From Takakia lepidozioides (taxonomy: Eukaryota > Plantae > Bryophyta): a DNA stretch of 64,000 nt. The DNA lies in NCBI GenBank assembly GCA_030704615.1, contig CM060732.1, positions 18,352,001-18,416,000 on the forward strand, given 5' to 3'. Both the position numbers and the translations under genes were made by a program. Below the pieces are notes generated by a model. It made no database searches and was not told the origin of the DNA. It worked only from the letters and a program-made list of their open reading frames with translations. Shown here piece after piece: positions 62,937 to 64,000 of this stretch (position 1 is the stretch's first letter; each line of letters begins with the position of its first letter).

Positions 62937-64000
62937 TTGAAGGATTTGGGGAGTTTGAAGGGCCAGGAGATTCGTATTGATTTGGCAAGTGACACGCCAA
63001 TTTTTCGAAGGCCCTACAGGTATAGTGACATAGAGAGGTCTTTGATCCAGTCGCGGACTATGGAGTTGTTCGAAGCTGGATTGGTGGAGTTGTCAGGTGG
63101 GGGGTATGCCTCGGCAATGGTGATGCCAGCTAAGAAGGATATCTATGGCAATTGGACAGAAAAGAGGATATGTGGGGACTACCGTCCTATGAACCGTCAG
63201 ACTAAGTCCGATAGATATGCCATGCCAACTCCAGAGGAGATCTTTGATGCCATTGGGCATGCAAAGGTGTTTAGCACATTGGACTTGCGATCCGGTTACC
63301 ACCAGTTGCCAATCAAAGAGGCTGACAAGCAAAAGACGGCATTCTGGGGGATTGACCAACATGGGAAGGATTGCTTGTACCAATGGCGGTTCCTACCGTT
63401 TGGGTTGAAAAATGTTCCTACAGAGTTTCAGATGGTCCTGGATAGGATTCTTGCGGGGCTAGACTTTGCCCGGTGCTACATTGATGATATCATCATCTTT
63501 AGTGCCACAGTTGAGGAGCATGAGAGACACCTTCAGGTGGTGTTTGAGCGCTTGAGAGCGCATGGGTTGAAATTGCACCCTGGGAAGTGCAAGTTCTTCT
63601 ACAGCCAGATTGAGTATCTAGGCCACATGATATACCCTGGAGGACTGGGTGTTCAAAAGACGAAGGTGGAGGCCATTCCACGCATTCCACGCCCCATAGA
63701 TGTTAGCAGAGTTCGTGCTTTCATGGGATTGACAAACTACTATCGACGGTTTGCAATCAAGGGATTTAACAGCATTGCAAAGGCTCTTACCAAGTTGACC
63801 AAGGTGGGTCAGGGGTGGCAGTGGGAGGAGGAGCAGAAGGAAGCCTTTGAGGAACTCAAGGTTTGATTGACTTCTGCACCTATTTTGAGGCGGCCTACTC
63901 AGGGGCGGCCTTTCCAGCTACATACGGATTGGAGTATGCTGGGGATTGGGGCAGTGCTCGCACAGGTGGATGATGAGAGAAGAGAGTTTGTAGTGGCATA
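62937..64000 (+). pseudogene. pol: Gypsy RT and start of RNase H (copy 2)
   Basis: CGDYR, LDLRSGYHQ, PFGLKN, YIDDIII, YLGH; stop at 63866, then LTSAPIL...LHTDWS. Confidence 0.95.

Larger units (their letters stand above)
59620..64000 (+). mobile_element. Ty3/Gypsy LTR retrotransposon, DNMT-bearing family, copy 2 (continues beyond the window)
   Basis: 5' leader and Gag homologous to copy 1, DNMT domain, RT 62937-63866, and RNase H start (FQLHTDWS...GAVLAQ). Left boundary approximate. Confidence 0.93.

Overview
This is a eukaryotic, almost entirely transposon-derived window with no intact host gene, RNA gene or CRISPR-cas locus. The element types suggest a non-seed plant or streptophyte genome (inference). 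(1) There are two decayed copies of a Ty3/Gypsy LTR retrotransposon (about 23.4-29.5 kb, and 59.6 kb to the end). Its polyprotein carries a DNMT3/DRM-like cytosine-5 methyltransferase between Gag and RT and a PHD finger after the integrase, so the element would bring its own methylation writer and a histone reader. (2) An unclassified TIR DNA-transposon family (termini GRGG..WGCWA..CCGTGAGC) contains near-perfect palindromes with a shared CGT-CA-ACG core. Nine 28-bp copies lie in a 3-kb non-autonomous element. A 36-bp version is amplified into a ~7.9-kb, ~118-bp satellite with 5-mer and 3-mer higher-order structure, next to an ORF with a DGxxW (WRKY/GCM1-like) motif. (3) A 21.9-kb pogo-type element (TA TSD) is split by a 14.7-kb Sola2-like element (30-bp TIRs, ATTC TSD). 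The Sola-like element carries a coiled-coil/RING cargo gene, and its own transposase is broken by a ~7.5-kb internal inversion. LINE fragments and a decayed Copia element fill most of the rest.
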